Shown here piece after piece: positions 19,835 to 29,336 of a stretch of 64,000 bases of DNA. Within the stretch, counting starts at the first letter, position 1. Each line of letters opens with the position of its first letter. The stretch comes from Oceanispirochaeta sp. (GTDB taxonomy: Bacteria > Spirochaetota > Spirochaetia > DSM-2461). The stretch spans positions 33,520 to 97,519 of the forward strand of contig CAXXQW010000006.1 in NCBI GenBank assembly GCA_963677615.2. The letters run 5' to 3'. The position numbers and the translations under genes were made by a program. The notes beneath the pieces are model-generated. The model was not told the DNA's origin, made no database searches, and saw nothing but the letters and a program-made list of their open reading frames with translations.

Positions 19835-21211
19835 TTACAGAGCCAGTATCAGATCGATGTTTTCGAGGTTATTAACAAGAGCCTTCAGAAACCGGCCGGC
19901 CGGCGCCCCATCGGTTGCCTGATGGTCGAAGGTCAGGGAAAGCCCCATATGGGGAACAAAGGAAACATCTTCCCCTTTCATAACCGGCTTGGGCTGAACG
20001 GCACAGACACCCAGGATTCCCACTTCCGGCTTATTCAATACCGGCGTAAAGCTTTCGATCCCCATAGCACCCAGGTTGGTGATGGTAAATGTCCCGCCTG
20101 TGAGTTCTTCAGGTTCGGCCTGCCCTTCCAGACATTTTCCAAAGAGCCTTTTGGTTTCGGTTCCCAGTTCTTTCAGGCTCAGCCTGTCTGCATAACGGAC
20201 AACCGGAACCAGCAGCCCCCGGGGGGTGTCCACAGCGCATCCCAGATGCACATGGGAGAACTGTTTGATCGTATCACCCAGCCAGTGAGCGTTCATTTCA
20301 GGGAAATCCACCAGAGTTCTGGCCGTAACAAGCATAACCAGATCGTTGATGGTGATCTTCTGGAGTCCCATCTCTTCAGGAGACTCTTTAAGCCGTTTTC
20401 TTAATGCCAGGATGCGTGTCGCATTGGCAGAGGTATTCATTGTGAGCTGGGCAGTCTGCTGTATGGACTGCAGCATAAGTGAGGCCGTGACTTTTCTTAC
20501 ACCCTTTACCTTGATTTCTTCTACCGGTCCGGGGAATTCCATGGAAACGGATGATGTCGCGGCTGCGGAGGCGGCAGGAGCGGCATCCGTCAAGTCGGAT
20601 TTGAGAACCCGGCCTCCCAGGCCCGTACCTTTGACGGGAGCTGTTTTGCCTGTTCTGATCATCTCTTCCAGAGCTGCGGGAGTCAGAGGAGCCTGCCCTT
20701 CCATGGCAGAAAGGACATCCCTTTCAATAATCCTTCCCTCGGGACCTGTTCCCGGCAGGGAGGAGAGATTCACGCCTTTGGCTGCCGCAAGATTTCTGGC
20801 CCTGGGAGAGGCAAATCCCCCAATCTCTCCGGAGACTTCCGGAGCAGACGCTGAAGCAGGAGCGGCGGCTGTTGTTTCCGCCTGGGCTTTTGCAGTCTCT
20901 TCAGCTGCGGGCTCAGGTGCGGTACTTTCTCCTCCGGACTGAACTTCCGCAAGGAGTGCGGTGATATCTTCTCCCGGAGTACCGACGATAGCCAGGGGAA
21001 GCATAACAGGAACATCGTCATCTACCTGATAGAGCTGCTTCAGCAGGACTCCTTCTGCTGTTGATTCAACCGAGACTGTAGCTTTATCGGTTTCTGCTTC
21101 ACAGAGTATATCACCGATGCTTACCGCATCGCCCTCCTGTTTGGACCATTCCAGAATAATACAGGACTCTACTGAGTTTCCCGCTTTCGGCATGACAACA
21201 ATTTCCGCCAT
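19835..21211 (-). CDS. pdhC: dihydrolipoamide acyltransferase (E2)
   Basis: Lipoyl domain ETDKA, Ala/Pro linker, PSBD ASPRARNLA..GTGP.GRI, catalytic domain ...FDHQATDGA. Confidence 0.93.
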   Translation of the reverse strand: MAEIVVMPKAGNSVESCIILEWSKQEGDAVSIGDILCEAETDKATVSVESTAEGVLLKQLYQVDDDVPVMLPLAIVGTPGEDITALLAEVQSGGESTAPEPAAEETAKAQAETTAAAPASASAPEVSGEIGGFASPRARNLAAAKGVNLSSLPGTGPEGRIIERDVLSAMEGQAPLTPAALEEMIRTGKTAPVKGTGLGGRVLKSDLTDAAPAASAAATSSVSMEFPGPVEEIKVKGVRKVTASLMLQSIQQTAQLTMNTSANATRILALRKRLKESPEEMGLQKITINDLVMLVTARTLVDFPEMNAHWLGDTIKQFSHVHLGCAVDTPRGLLVPVVRYADRLSLKELGTETKRLFGKCLEGQAEPEELTGGTFTITNLGAMGIESFTPVLNKPEVGILGVCAVQPKPVMKGEDVSFVPHMGLSLTFDHQATDGAPAGRFLKALVNNLENIDLILAL

Positions 21212-21379
21212 GGACCTCTCCTTAAATTTTATATTTCCTTTAATTGCTTTACAATTATCTTTCTTTTTACTTTCGATTGTATTTCAATTTGCCTTTCAAA
21301 TCAAGCATTAATTGATATATTTTTACTAAAAAGAGGGATTTTTCTAGGCCGTCGGCAATTTCCTCAGTATATTAATAGT

Positions 21380-21895
21380 ATGAAAAAGGAGATATCAGAG
21401 CTTACAGAGGCGCTTCTTACCCTGGAAGGCCTTTTATATGGAATTTCTGCCGACGGGATTATCAGCGACAAAGAACTTGCCAAGCTGAAAAACTGGAAAA
21501 AACAGCATTTTGATACCATCAGACACCACCCTGTGGGAGATCTGTTTTCCATAATAGATTCGACAACCGAGGGAAGGATCCTTCTGGAACACGAAAGGGA
21601 ATTTATAGAGCAGTTCTGCCAGCAGTACGGAGCTTGTGAGGATGAAGACGATCAGGTCCTGTGCGATTCCATCAGATTGAAGGGATACATTGAGGGTATC
21701 CTGATGGACAAAAAAATATACGAAGCGGAAATCCGGTCGCTCAGGACATGGCTGATGGAACGCCCTCATTTGAAAACACTGAGCGTCTATTCAGAGATTT
21801 TGGATAATCTGGAGAATTTTATCCAGGGACGGCAGATCAGCAGCGAGGAACTCTTTTATTACCTGAAAGAGATTGAGAAAGAAATACTGAACTGA
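21380..21895 (+). CDS. hypothetical helical protein with internal duplication (resembles the N-terminal region of BRCT-domain-containing proteins, but has no BRCT)
   Basis: Two repeats: L.GLLYGISADG.I..KEL..L..W and L.GYIEGILMD.KI.EAEI..L..W. Confidence 0.6.
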   Translation: MKKEISELTEALLTLEGLLYGISADGIISDKELAKLKNWKKQHFDTIRHHPVGDLFSIIDSTTEGRILLEHEREFIEQFCQQYGACEDEDDQVLCDSIRLKGYIEGILMDKKIYEAEIRSLRTWLMERPHLKTLSVYSEILDNLENFIQGRQISSEELFYYLKEIEKEILN

Positions 21896-22060
21896 TTTAA
21901 CACAGTAAATCAGATAAAACTGCACAAAAAAGAGTTTTTCCTCACTGGAGACAATCCTGAAACTGGAATGGAATTCCCTCCGTCAGGACAGGAAAATCAC
22001 ATTGACAGAACCCCGGGGCCTCACTATGTTGTAATAACACAAATCGGAGGAGCCCATCCC

Positions 22061-23332
22061 ATGCTTTACGCCGCTGTCGGAAATGAACATACGAATCTTT
22101 CCCGCGAAGACCTTCAGAAGATTCTTTACGGAGCACTAGACAAAATTCCTGCCAAAGAAAGGACCCTTATCATTCCTCCTGACATGACCCGTCTTCATTC
22201 CCGGGCGGGCGAACTGACAGAGCTGGCATGGCAATACCTGGGAAAAAAGCTTCAGGCTGTCATCCCGGCGTTGGGTACCCATTTCCCCATGAGCAAAAAT
22301 GAGCTGAAAAAAATGTATGGGCATCTCCCTCTTGAACTGATAAAAGAGCATAACTGGCGATGCGGTCTCACCGAACTGGGAAGATTGAGCGGAAAATTCA
22401 TCAGAGAGATTTCCGGAGAAAAGCTGGATTATGACTGGCCTGTAGAGGTTAACAGGATTCTCATTGATCACCCATGGGATCTTATCCTCTCCATCGGTCA
22501 GGTCGTCCCCCATGAAGTCGTGGGTATGGCTAACTATACCAAAAACATTATGGTGGGAGTAGGCGGTAAAGAAGCGATTGATAAAAGCCATTTCCTTGGC
22601 GCCGTTTGTGGCATGGAAAGGATCATGGGAAGGAGTGAAACACCGGTACGGCAGCTCTTCGACCGGGGAGCCGACGAGTTCTGCAAAGACCTGCCTATTG
22701 TTTATGTTCTCACCGTCGTAGCTACTGATGAGGCTGGGAACAATATCACAAAAGGTATCTTTATCGGCGATGACCGGGAATGCTATGAAAAAGCCGCTGA
22801 ACTCTCCCGAAATGTGAATATAAAAAAGCTTGAGAAAGCCCCGAAAAAGGTTGTGGTGTATCTGGAACCTGAGGAGTTCCGCAGCACCTGGCTGGGCAAC
22901 AAAAGCATCTACCGGACCAGAATGGCCATGGCAGACCGGGGGGAGCTGATAGTTCTGGCTCCGGGTGTTCACTGCTTCGGGGAGAATGAAACCATTGATA
23001 AGCTGATCCGCCGGTACGGATACAGAGGAACGGAACAGACCCTCAAGGCGGTTAAAAATAATCCTGATCTGGCGGAAAATCTCAGCGCCGCAGCCCATCT
23101 GATTCACGGCTCATCGGAAGGACGATTTACCATAACTTATTGTCCGGGAGGCTTGTCCCGTGAGGAGATTGAAAAAGCAGGTTACCAGTTTGGAGATCTG
23201 GAATCTTATAGAAAAAGGTACAATCCGGAAAAGCTGAAAGAAGGGTGGAACACCATGGATAACGATGAGGAAATCTATTTTATTTCCAACCCGGCTCTGG
23301 GCCTGTGGGTATGGGAAGAGAAGTTCTTATAG
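22061..23332 (+). CDS. LarA (lactate racemase) superfamily nickel-pincer enzyme, possibly a sugar-acid 2-epimerase
   Basis: IIPPDMTR.H, PALGTH.PM, HNW, VVPHEVVGMANYTK, HLIHGS. Start trimmed to MLYAAV at 22061 (SD GGAGG). Confidence 0.8.
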   Translation: MLYAAVGNEHTNLSREDLQKILYGALDKIPAKERTLIIPPDMTRLHSRAGELTELAWQYLGKKLQAVIPALGTHFPMSKNELKKMYGHLPLELIKEHNWRCGLTELGRLSGKFIREISGEKLDYDWPVEVNRILIDHPWDLILSIGQVVPHEVVGMANYTKNIMVGVGGKEAIDKSHFLGAVCGMERIMGRSETPVRQLFDRGADEFCKDLPIVYVLTVVATDEAGNNITKGIFIGDDRECYEKAAELSRNVNIKKLEKAPKKVVVYLEPEEFRSTWLGNKSIYRTRMAMADRGELIVLAPGVHCFGENETIDKLIRRYGYRGTEQTLKAVKNNPDLAENLSAAAHLIHGSSEGRFTITYCPGGLSREEIEKAGYQFGDLESYRKRYNPEKLKEGWNTMDNDEEIYFISNPALGLWVWEEKFL

Positions 23333-23333
23333 A

Positions 23334-23810
23334 TCAGATTTCTTTTATGTTCTTTTCCATCATTTCCAGGGAATATGCAGTTATGTCTTGAAAGCAAGAA
23401 AAATCAACAAGATTTTCTGTTAATAGAAACTCAATCCCATGAGTCTTCATGGTTGAAACAATATTGGCATCATGGATCTTTTTCCCTTTTAAATCATGCT
23501 TTATGGCAAGATGTGACAGGATTTCTGATGTAACCCGAGTGTCCTCTTTTATTAAAATAAACTTTTTAAAAACTTCAATATTCTGAAAGACATCTTCAGA
23601 CTTCAATCCCAACCCATTTTTATCCAAAGGTCTGGTAGCAACTACCATATACTCTCTGATGACCTGACCACTAAAAACGGGATGAAAGCCATTCTTGTAT
23701 AGTTCTTTGATAACAGTTTTTGCCGTATAATGATTATTCCGGGAACTATCAGTTGCAGTTATTAGTATATTAGTATCCAGAAATACCGTATCACCTTCCA
23801 TCATCACCAT
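23334..23810 (-). CDS. vapC: PIN-domain toxin (VapC/FitB-like)
   Basis: VFLDTNIL, QVIREY, IHDANI, LLTEN..DF acidic PIN residues. Overlaps the upstream antitoxin. Confidence 0.85.
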   Translation of the reverse strand: MVMMEGDTVFLDTNILITATDSSRNNHYTAKTVIKELYKNGFHPVFSGQVIREYMVVATRPLDKNGLGLKSEDVFQNIEVFKKFILIKEDTRVTSEILSHLAIKHDLKGKKIHDANIVSTMKTHGIEFLLTENLVDFSCFQDITAYSLEMMEKNIKEI

Positions 23811-24021
23811 AGATTTCTTCTCTATTCCAATTTGTATGTAATCCAGTGTGGACAGTAATTAAATTCAGTTCTAGATCATCTGGATCCTGCAGATCCATTT
23901 GAGAAGCTTTCTCTAAAATGAAATGTAATTCACCTTGTAATGACCTATGATGCCTAACAGCCAAACGTTTAAGAGAATGCAGTACTTTTTCATCAACATT
24001 TCGAATATGCAGCGACTTCAT
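23791..24021 (-). CDS. fitA: ribbon-helix-helix antitoxin (FitA-like)
   Basis: SLHIRNVDEKVLHSLKRLAVRHHRSLQGELHFIL matches the FitA/Arc-like RHH pattern. 76 aa, directly upstream of the PIN gene. Confidence 0.85.
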   Translation of the reverse strand: MKSLHIRNVDEKVLHSLKRLAVRHHRSLQGELHFILEKASQMDLQDPDDLELNLITVHTGLHTNWNREEIYGDDGR

Positions 24022-24027
24022 ACCAGT

Positions 24028-24056
24028 ATCATAATGCTACCGCTAAAAGCTGTTAA
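24028..24056 (-). promoter_or_regulatory. sigma70-type promoter of the TA operon (leaderless)
   Basis: TTAACA-17 nt-TATGAT, followed by only 6 nt and then the ATG. No SD. Confidence 0.6.
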
Positions 24057-24090
24057 ATATCCTGATCAATTACAGGAAAATGTTCTGATT

Positions 24091-24282
24091 TTATAGTATT
24101 TTCTGAACCCTGCCGACCTGACCGTCCTGAAGCCGGACTTTGATTCCGTGGGGGTGATGGGGCGAGTTTGTGAGGATATCCGCCACCAACCCTTCGGTGA
24201 GTTTACCCGACCTCTGGTCCTCTTTCAGAACGATTGCGACCTTCAGGCCGGGTTTGATATTGGCGCGTGTTTTTCCATTCAT
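24091..24282 (-). CDS. ywbE: YwbE family protein (DUF2196)
   Basis: IKPGLKV.IVLK.DQRSGKLTEG.V.DILT.S..HPHGIKVRL.DGQVGRV. Confidence 0.9.
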   Translation of the reverse strand: MNGKTRANIKPGLKVAIVLKEDQRSGKLTEGLVADILTNSPHHPHGIKVRLQDGQVGRVQKIL

Positions 24283-24301
24283 AGAGGGATAGTATCACAT
24301 T

Positions 24302-25342
24302 TTACTGTATTTGACTCAGAATCTTCAGAAACAACCGGATCTGCTCGTCCGGAACAGACTTGTCAATTCCCACACAGGAGAGAGAAACCGATGATTCCGG
24401 GCCGCCAGCTTGCTGAACCATACGGGAAAGATCAGCCCGCAGATCCTCTTGTGGCACATCAGCAAGCACAACCGGGGAGTATCTCAGATTCAGCCAGCAC
24501 CCGGGAAGTGCCTTCCTCACAGCTGCGATATCCGAACCGGCTCCGACTTCGGCAAAGACAAGACCGGGAACGCCCGCATACCCTTCGACCACATGCTCCA
24601 TGGACTGACCGCAGTGATGAATTCCGTAGGGCTGAAATAACTGGGCAAGTTTCACATCATATTCCAGAAGGAAATCCCGGTAGCTGTCCAGAGAGATCAT
24701 TTCCACGGAACAGTTGGAATGAACATAGAGGGAAGGAAAATCCAGGTAATTGGTAATAGCAGTCACCCCTCCTGAAAGCCAGTCAGAAACCTCGCTGAGC
24801 CTATTGCCCACCTGAACGGACAGGTCAAAACACTTGTCAAAGAGCTGTCTGGCACCCTGTTCATTCTGGTACATATCGATAAAAACGGAATCCCCCCGGA
24901 TATCCAGAGCAAGATTCAGAATTCCCTGCAGATTAATGGCGGAATGGACAGAACCGTATTCTTTCTGCAGCCAGCTGATCTGATCTTCTACAATCCGCCA
25001 ATCCTCACTATCTGTAAGATTTGGCGCCTGAAAATTCTGCATATCCTCTTCAGAAAGATGGGCACAGATCACTTCCGGCGGAGCATCTTCACTAAACCGG
25101 ACATCGCATCCCATCAGACTGGAATACAAATACCCGCTGGCAATCAGATCACTGCCGAGAAGGGGTCTGGGCTCGGGATGTTCCTCCCCGATGCCCCACT
25201 CTCCGAATCTTTCAAACAGAAATCGCCGCATTTTCACATCAGATGCGATCCTGTATGCAGGGTTATTGAAAAACTCTTCTGTGAACCGGATACCCAGGTT
25301 CTGATTCCACCAGGAGGGGTGGAAGGTTATATCATATTTCAT
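24302..25342 (-). CDS. URO-D/MtaA-fold protein (putative Zn-dependent methyltransferase-like)
   Basis: QGILNLA..IRG...F.DMY, SNCSVEMIS, IHHCG, C-terminal LSCVG. Lacks the HemE RQAGR motif. Start trimmed to MKYDIT (25342). Confidence 0.7.
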   Translation of the reverse strand: MKYDITFHPSWWNQNLGIRFTEEFFNNPAYRIASDVKMRRFLFERFGEWGIGEEHPEPRPLLGSDLIASGYLYSSLMGCDVRFSEDAPPEVICAHLSEEDMQNFQAPNLTDSEDWRIVEDQISWLQKEYGSVHSAINLQGILNLALDIRGDSVFIDMYQNEQGARQLFDKCFDLSVQVGNRLSEVSDWLSGGVTAITNYLDFPSLYVHSNCSVEMISLDSYRDFLLEYDVKLAQLFQPYGIHHCGQSMEHVVEGYAGVPGLVFAEVGAGSDIAAVRKALPGCWLNLRYSPVVLADVPQEDLRADLSRMVQQAGGPESSVSLSCVGIDKSVPDEQIRLFLKILSQIQ

Positions 25343-25361
25343 CTGAATTTCCTTTTTTATT

Positions 25362-26489
25362 TTATGAAATCTTATGAATCCTGTTATAAACGGTTTCCTG
25401 ATCTTCAGGTGTTTCGCAGTAGGTGGTGACAATACATTTGAGTCCGTCCTGCTTCAGTTTTCCGTAATACTCCAGAACTGTTTCGGCAGACCCGACAATT
25501 CTTACATGAAGGACCTTACCGGAACCTGAAAAGGCCTTTCCCAGCAATTCCGGATCATTGGGAGAGGGATCGGTCTGTTTTCCCACTGCACCATCAGCCA
25601 TCAGCAGGGAGGGGATGGACTTTACCAGATCAGCCCTGCCCGACCAGTTTCCGCATGAGTGAAAAACCGGGCCTGAAAAAGACCGGGAGGCTGAAACCAT
25701 GGACGGGATACCGAAACGCGCATAATCCTCATCGCTGAACATCAGGATATTGTCGTCACTGAAGCCTATCCCTTCAAAGGCCCGGGAAGAGGCAAATCCA
25801 TGACCCGGTTTCGCAAGAGCATCACCAATCAGGTTCAGCTGTTGATCCAGGAATTCCTTTTCCATTTCGGCAACCGTATCAATCAGCTCCTTAAGATCTT
25901 CCGGGTGATCAAAGGTTTCATACATAAAAGCTGTGGACTCCATCAGGTAGGAAGAGACAATATTCAATGGAGACTGGGTATCCCCCGGGCTCAGAGGAAT
26001 TTTCCCTTTGGTCTGGTCCAGAAAATATTCAATCATTTCCAGAACCTTCTTTCCTTCGGGACTCTCTCCCACAGAACAGACCCTATGGTTCAGAGCGTCT
26101 TTCGCGCTGGTAAAAGGGCCTTCCACAGCAGGAGCTTGCCCCTCTTTCCAGAGATAGGGAACCCCGAAAGCACTGGAAACCACGCCGATTCCGTACCAGG
26201 GTTCCAGGAAATTGGGAATATCCGCTTTAAAGGCCATACTCTTTTGTAAAGCTGCCAGCTGAAGCCCCAGAGAGAGTTTTCTATCCCTGCATCCCCAGGA
26301 AAACACCTCGGGCACACGGAAACGCCGGTAAACCGCAATGCCGTCCTCAGCCTGCCAGAAACTCCGGCACCGGTCCAGGAGGGCCCTTTCATAATCGGCA
26401 TATCCCTCCAGGTCAAAATCGTCTACAGCCACAGGTTCTACCGAAGTTCCCTGGGAATCCGCCAGGGCGGTATTGAATTCATCTTTCAT
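25362..26489 (-). CDS. URO-D/MtaA-fold protein, second copy
   Basis: EPWYGIGVVSSAFG, DTQSPLNI, SDDNILMFS, VFHSCGNW. Start trimmed to MKDEFN (26489, TAATG overlap with the esterase). Confidence 0.7.
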   Translation of the reverse strand: MKDEFNTALADSQGTSVEPVAVDDFDLEGYADYERALLDRCRSFWQAEDGIAVYRRFRVPEVFSWGCRDRKLSLGLQLAALQKSMAFKADIPNFLEPWYGIGVVSSAFGVPYLWKEGQAPAVEGPFTSAKDALNHRVCSVGESPEGKKVLEMIEYFLDQTKGKIPLSPGDTQSPLNIVSSYLMESTAFMYETFDHPEDLKELIDTVAEMEKEFLDQQLNLIGDALAKPGHGFASSRAFEGIGFSDDNILMFSDEDYARFGIPSMVSASRSFSGPVFHSCGNWSGRADLVKSIPSLLMADGAVGKQTDPSPNDPELLGKAFSGSGKVLHVRIVGSAETVLEYYGKLKQDGLKCIVTTYCETPEDQETVYNRIHKIS

Positions 26490-27292
26490 TATTTCTGTCC
26501 ATTTGTTGTTTGAATTTCGAGCCATCCAAGAGCGAGATGGAACCACTGGGCCACATGGGGATCGGAGAGACGGTTTTTCTCAGGCTGATCCACCTCGGGA
26601 GTTGCCAGGGACAAACCATGTTCTCCCTTGGGAAAAACATGAAGTTCCGCCGCAACTCCTGCTTTTTTCAGGGCAGAAAAGAAATGGAGAGAATTCTCTA
26701 CCGGCACCTCCCTGTCGTCTGCGGTGTGCCATAAAAAGGTAGGGGGAGAGCTCTTTTTTACCTGGAATTCCAGAGAAAAATACTCCCGCAGGGCGGGATC
26801 TCCCCCGGTAAGATGACGCATGGAGCCTTGATGATAATCCTGGCTCATGGAAATCACAGGATAGCTGAGAACCACAGCATCAGGCCGGCAGGTTACGGCA
26901 GGAGAGGAGGCTCCCGCTTCATCCGTAAACTGCTGATCCACAGATGCCCAGTGAACTCCCAGAGAAGCAGCCAGGTGTCCTCCTGCGGAAAACCCGCAGA
27001 CAGCAACCCGCACATACCCCATGGCCCGGACTTCCCGGACAGCTCTGCCCAGAGAGCACAGAGGTTCAAAGCGCAGAGGTTCGTCCCGGGTGTCATCCTT
27101 AACAGGATAACGGAGCACAAAAGGCTGCCACCCGCCGGCGGCATAGGCATCCGCCACCGGTTCAGCTTCCCGGTCGGCCAGCATTTGATACCCGCCGCCA
27201 GGGCAGATGACAACCGCCCCCTTAGCCTGTGGAACCTTTGGAAAGGAGCTAAGTCCTTTCATAGAAAAATCTTTATCCTTCATATATGACAT
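26489..27292 (-). CDS. alpha/beta-hydrolase carbohydrate esterase (PaeX/BD-FAE-like acetylesterase)
   Basis: ICPGGGY, GFSAGGH, SYPVIS, PPTFLWHTADD..VP, HGL. Cytoplasmic. Confidence 0.85.
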   Translation of the reverse strand: MSYMKDKDFSMKGLSSFPKVPQAKGAVVICPGGGYQMLADREAEPVADAYAAGGWQPFVLRYPVKDDTRDEPLRFEPLCSLGRAVREVRAMGYVRVAVCGFSAGGHLAASLGVHWASVDQQFTDEAGASSPAVTCRPDAVVLSYPVISMSQDYHQGSMRHLTGGDPALREYFSLEFQVKKSSPPTFLWHTADDREVPVENSLHFFSALKKAGVAAELHVFPKGEHGLSLATPEVDQPEKNRLSDPHVAQWFHLALGWLEIQTTNGQK

Positions 27293-27317
27293 GGCAACCT
27301 TACTTGAGAGTTAAAAA

Positions 27318-28628
27318 TCAGTTTCCCGTTGCCAGGGGCATCAGTTTATCCGGAAGGAACATAACAATACCGGGCACATAGGAGATAATCAGAAGCACGG
27401 CGATCATAATCATAAAGAAGGGCAGCAGCTTTTTAACCAGTTTCTCAATCGGCACTCCCGACACAGCAGACCCCACAAAAAGGGTTCCCCCTACGGGAGG
27501 TGTAATAAGGCCGATTCCCAGGTTCAGAATCATCACAACACCAAAGTGGACAGGATCCATTCCGATGGTCCGGGCTATGGGGAGGAGAATGGGAGTCGCC
27601 ACAAGAATAATGGCGGACATATCCATGATAGTCCCCAGGACAAGCATAACAATATTGAGAATGATCATAATGACAATCTTGTTCTGAGTCAGACTGAGAA
27701 TTCCGTTGGCAACCAGTTCAGGCATGTGAAGATAAGTCAGCAGCCAGCCGAAAACCTGAGAAGTGGAAATCAGGATCATAACAATAGCCAGAGTATTGAG
27801 TGACCGTTCCATCAGATGCCAGATTTTTTTGGGTGTCAGTTCCTTATAGACTATAATTCCCACAAGGATGGCCCATACAACCGCAATAGCAGCAGACTCG
27901 GTAGCTGTAAAAATACCGCTCACAACTCCTACAACAACAATAAGGACTGTAATCAGCCCCCAGATGGAATCTCCAAGGGTTCTGAACAGGGTTTTAAAGC
28001 TAAACGCATCTCCTTTGGGGTATTTATGACGGACTGCTTCGATATAACTGAAAACCATCAGGGCAATTCCCAAAAAAACACCGGGTATAATCCCCCCCAG
28101 AAACAGGCGTCCCACCGAAACACCGCCGGCAACCATGGCATACATAACCATATTGTGACTGGGTGGAATCAAAAGCCCCTGAACCGAACTGGCCATGGTA
28201 ATATTGGTGGCAAACTCCTTGTCATACCCTTCCTTGGCCATCATGGGAATAAGAATGGTACCCAGCGAAGCAGTATCAGCTGTGGATGACCCGGAGATTC
28301 CTCCGAAAAACATGGAAGCCATAACATTTACCGTAGCAAGACCTCCCCGCATCCATCCGATAATCGCATTGGAAAGCTTGATCAGGCGGTTGGAAATTCC
28401 CCCTGCCCCCATGAGCTCTCCGGCAATAATAAAGAAAGGCACTGCCATAAGGGTGTAGACATTCACTCCTTTTACCATGAGCTGAGCTATCTGCATGATG
28501 GGTAGTCCCAGATAGATGGTTGTCACGATACTGGAGACACCGATAGCAAATGCGATAGGGACTCTCAGAACCAGAAAAATAAAAAATGACCCCACCAGAA
28601 TGAGGGTGGCTGTAGTATTAAGATCCAT
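27318..28628 (-). CDS. dctM: TRAP transporter large permease
   Basis: AVPFFI.AGELM, SMFFGGISGSS.AD, LIPPSH, GLITPPVG. Confidence 0.95.
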   Translation of the reverse strand: MDLNTTATLILVGSFFIFLVLRVPIAFAIGVSSIVTTIYLGLPIMQIAQLMVKGVNVYTLMAVPFFIIAGELMGAGGISNRLIKLSNAIIGWMRGGLATVNVMASMFFGGISGSSTADTASLGTILIPMMAKEGYDKEFATNITMASSVQGLLIPPSHNMVMYAMVAGGVSVGRLFLGGIIPGVFLGIALMVFSYIEAVRHKYPKGDAFSFKTLFRTLGDSIWGLITVLIVVVGVVSGIFTATESAAIAVVWAILVGIIVYKELTPKKIWHLMERSLNTLAIVMILISTSQVFGWLLTYLHMPELVANGILSLTQNKIVIMIILNIVMLVLGTIMDMSAIILVATPILLPIARTIGMDPVHFGVVMILNLGIGLITPPVGGTLFVGSAVSGVPIEKLVKKLLPFFMIMIAVLLIISYVPGIVMFLPDKLMPLATGN

Positions 28629-28630
28629 TA

Positions 28631-29203
28631 TTAATTATCCTCGCAGTGTTGGATGATTTCTGCAGCATCTTCCACAAGAGCTTCCGCTTCTTCTTCCTGA
28701 CATCGGGTTATTTCAAGCTTCTGCCCTGTGGCCATCCGGTGGCAGAAGTTAATAAAACGTTCTATTTCCATCAGCATTATGGCGGCACCTGATATGGGGC
28801 CGGCCAAAAAAAGCCAGCTAGACTTGATAGACATCCCGGTAATGACATTCCGATTGGCAATGCTCAGGAATTTACTCCCGTATATAAACAGAAAAAGGCC
28901 GAAACCGAACATGAGAATCTGTCCGAATGCCCTTATGACAGGCATAGCTTTATCCGGAACCAGGTAGTCGATAATCTGCATACGGATATGAGTGTCTTTC
29001 CGGATGGCCAGAGCGGCGCTTATAAGGGACATGTACACCATAAACATAAGAACAACCGGTTCACCCCATGTCATAGGTGATTTGATAAAATAGCGGTTTA
29101 TAATAACCCAGGTTGTAATAACAATCATTCCGATAAATCCGATTTTACAGATTGTCAGAAAGATCCAGTAAACCGTATCGAAAAATTTTTTAACTGCTTT
29201 CAT
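28631..29203 (-). CDS. dctQ: TRAP transporter small permease
   Basis: Four TM segments, RY....TWGE, HIRMQI; lies between dctP and dctM. Confidence 0.9.
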   Translation of the reverse strand: MKAVKKFFDTVYWIFLTICKIGFIGMIVITTWVIINRYFIKSPMTWGEPVVLMFMVYMSLISAALAIRKDTHIRMQIIDYLVPDKAMPVIRAFGQILMFGFGLFLFIYGSKFLSIANRNVITGMSIKSSWLFLAGPISGAAIMLMEIERFINFCHRMATGQKLEITRCQEEEAEALVEDAAEIIQHCEDN

Positions 29204-29336
29204 TTGAACTCCTCTCTCCCCATTCCCTGATTAAACTTTTAATACAGGCTCCCCTCCGGACAACAGCAAGAGGGGGGCCGGAGATAGTCAATCAGGAAAT
29301 GACAGACCTCCTCGGAAGGAGGCAGTATTCACTCAA

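Noticed and set aside
22136-23107. 323-aa ORF antisense to the LarA-family gene
   Set aside because: Fully overlaps a conserved gene on the opposite strand and has no recognisable motifs; shadow ORF from codon bias.
24148-24756. 202-aa + strand ORF spanning ywbE and the uroD-like gene
   Set aside because: Overlaps two credible genes in antisense; Arg/Pro-rich non-protein-like composition.
24302-26489. Calling the URO-D-fold proteins true uroporphyrinogen decarboxylases (hemE)
   Set aside because: No RQAGR motif, no tetrapyrrole genes nearby, and a sugar-transport context.
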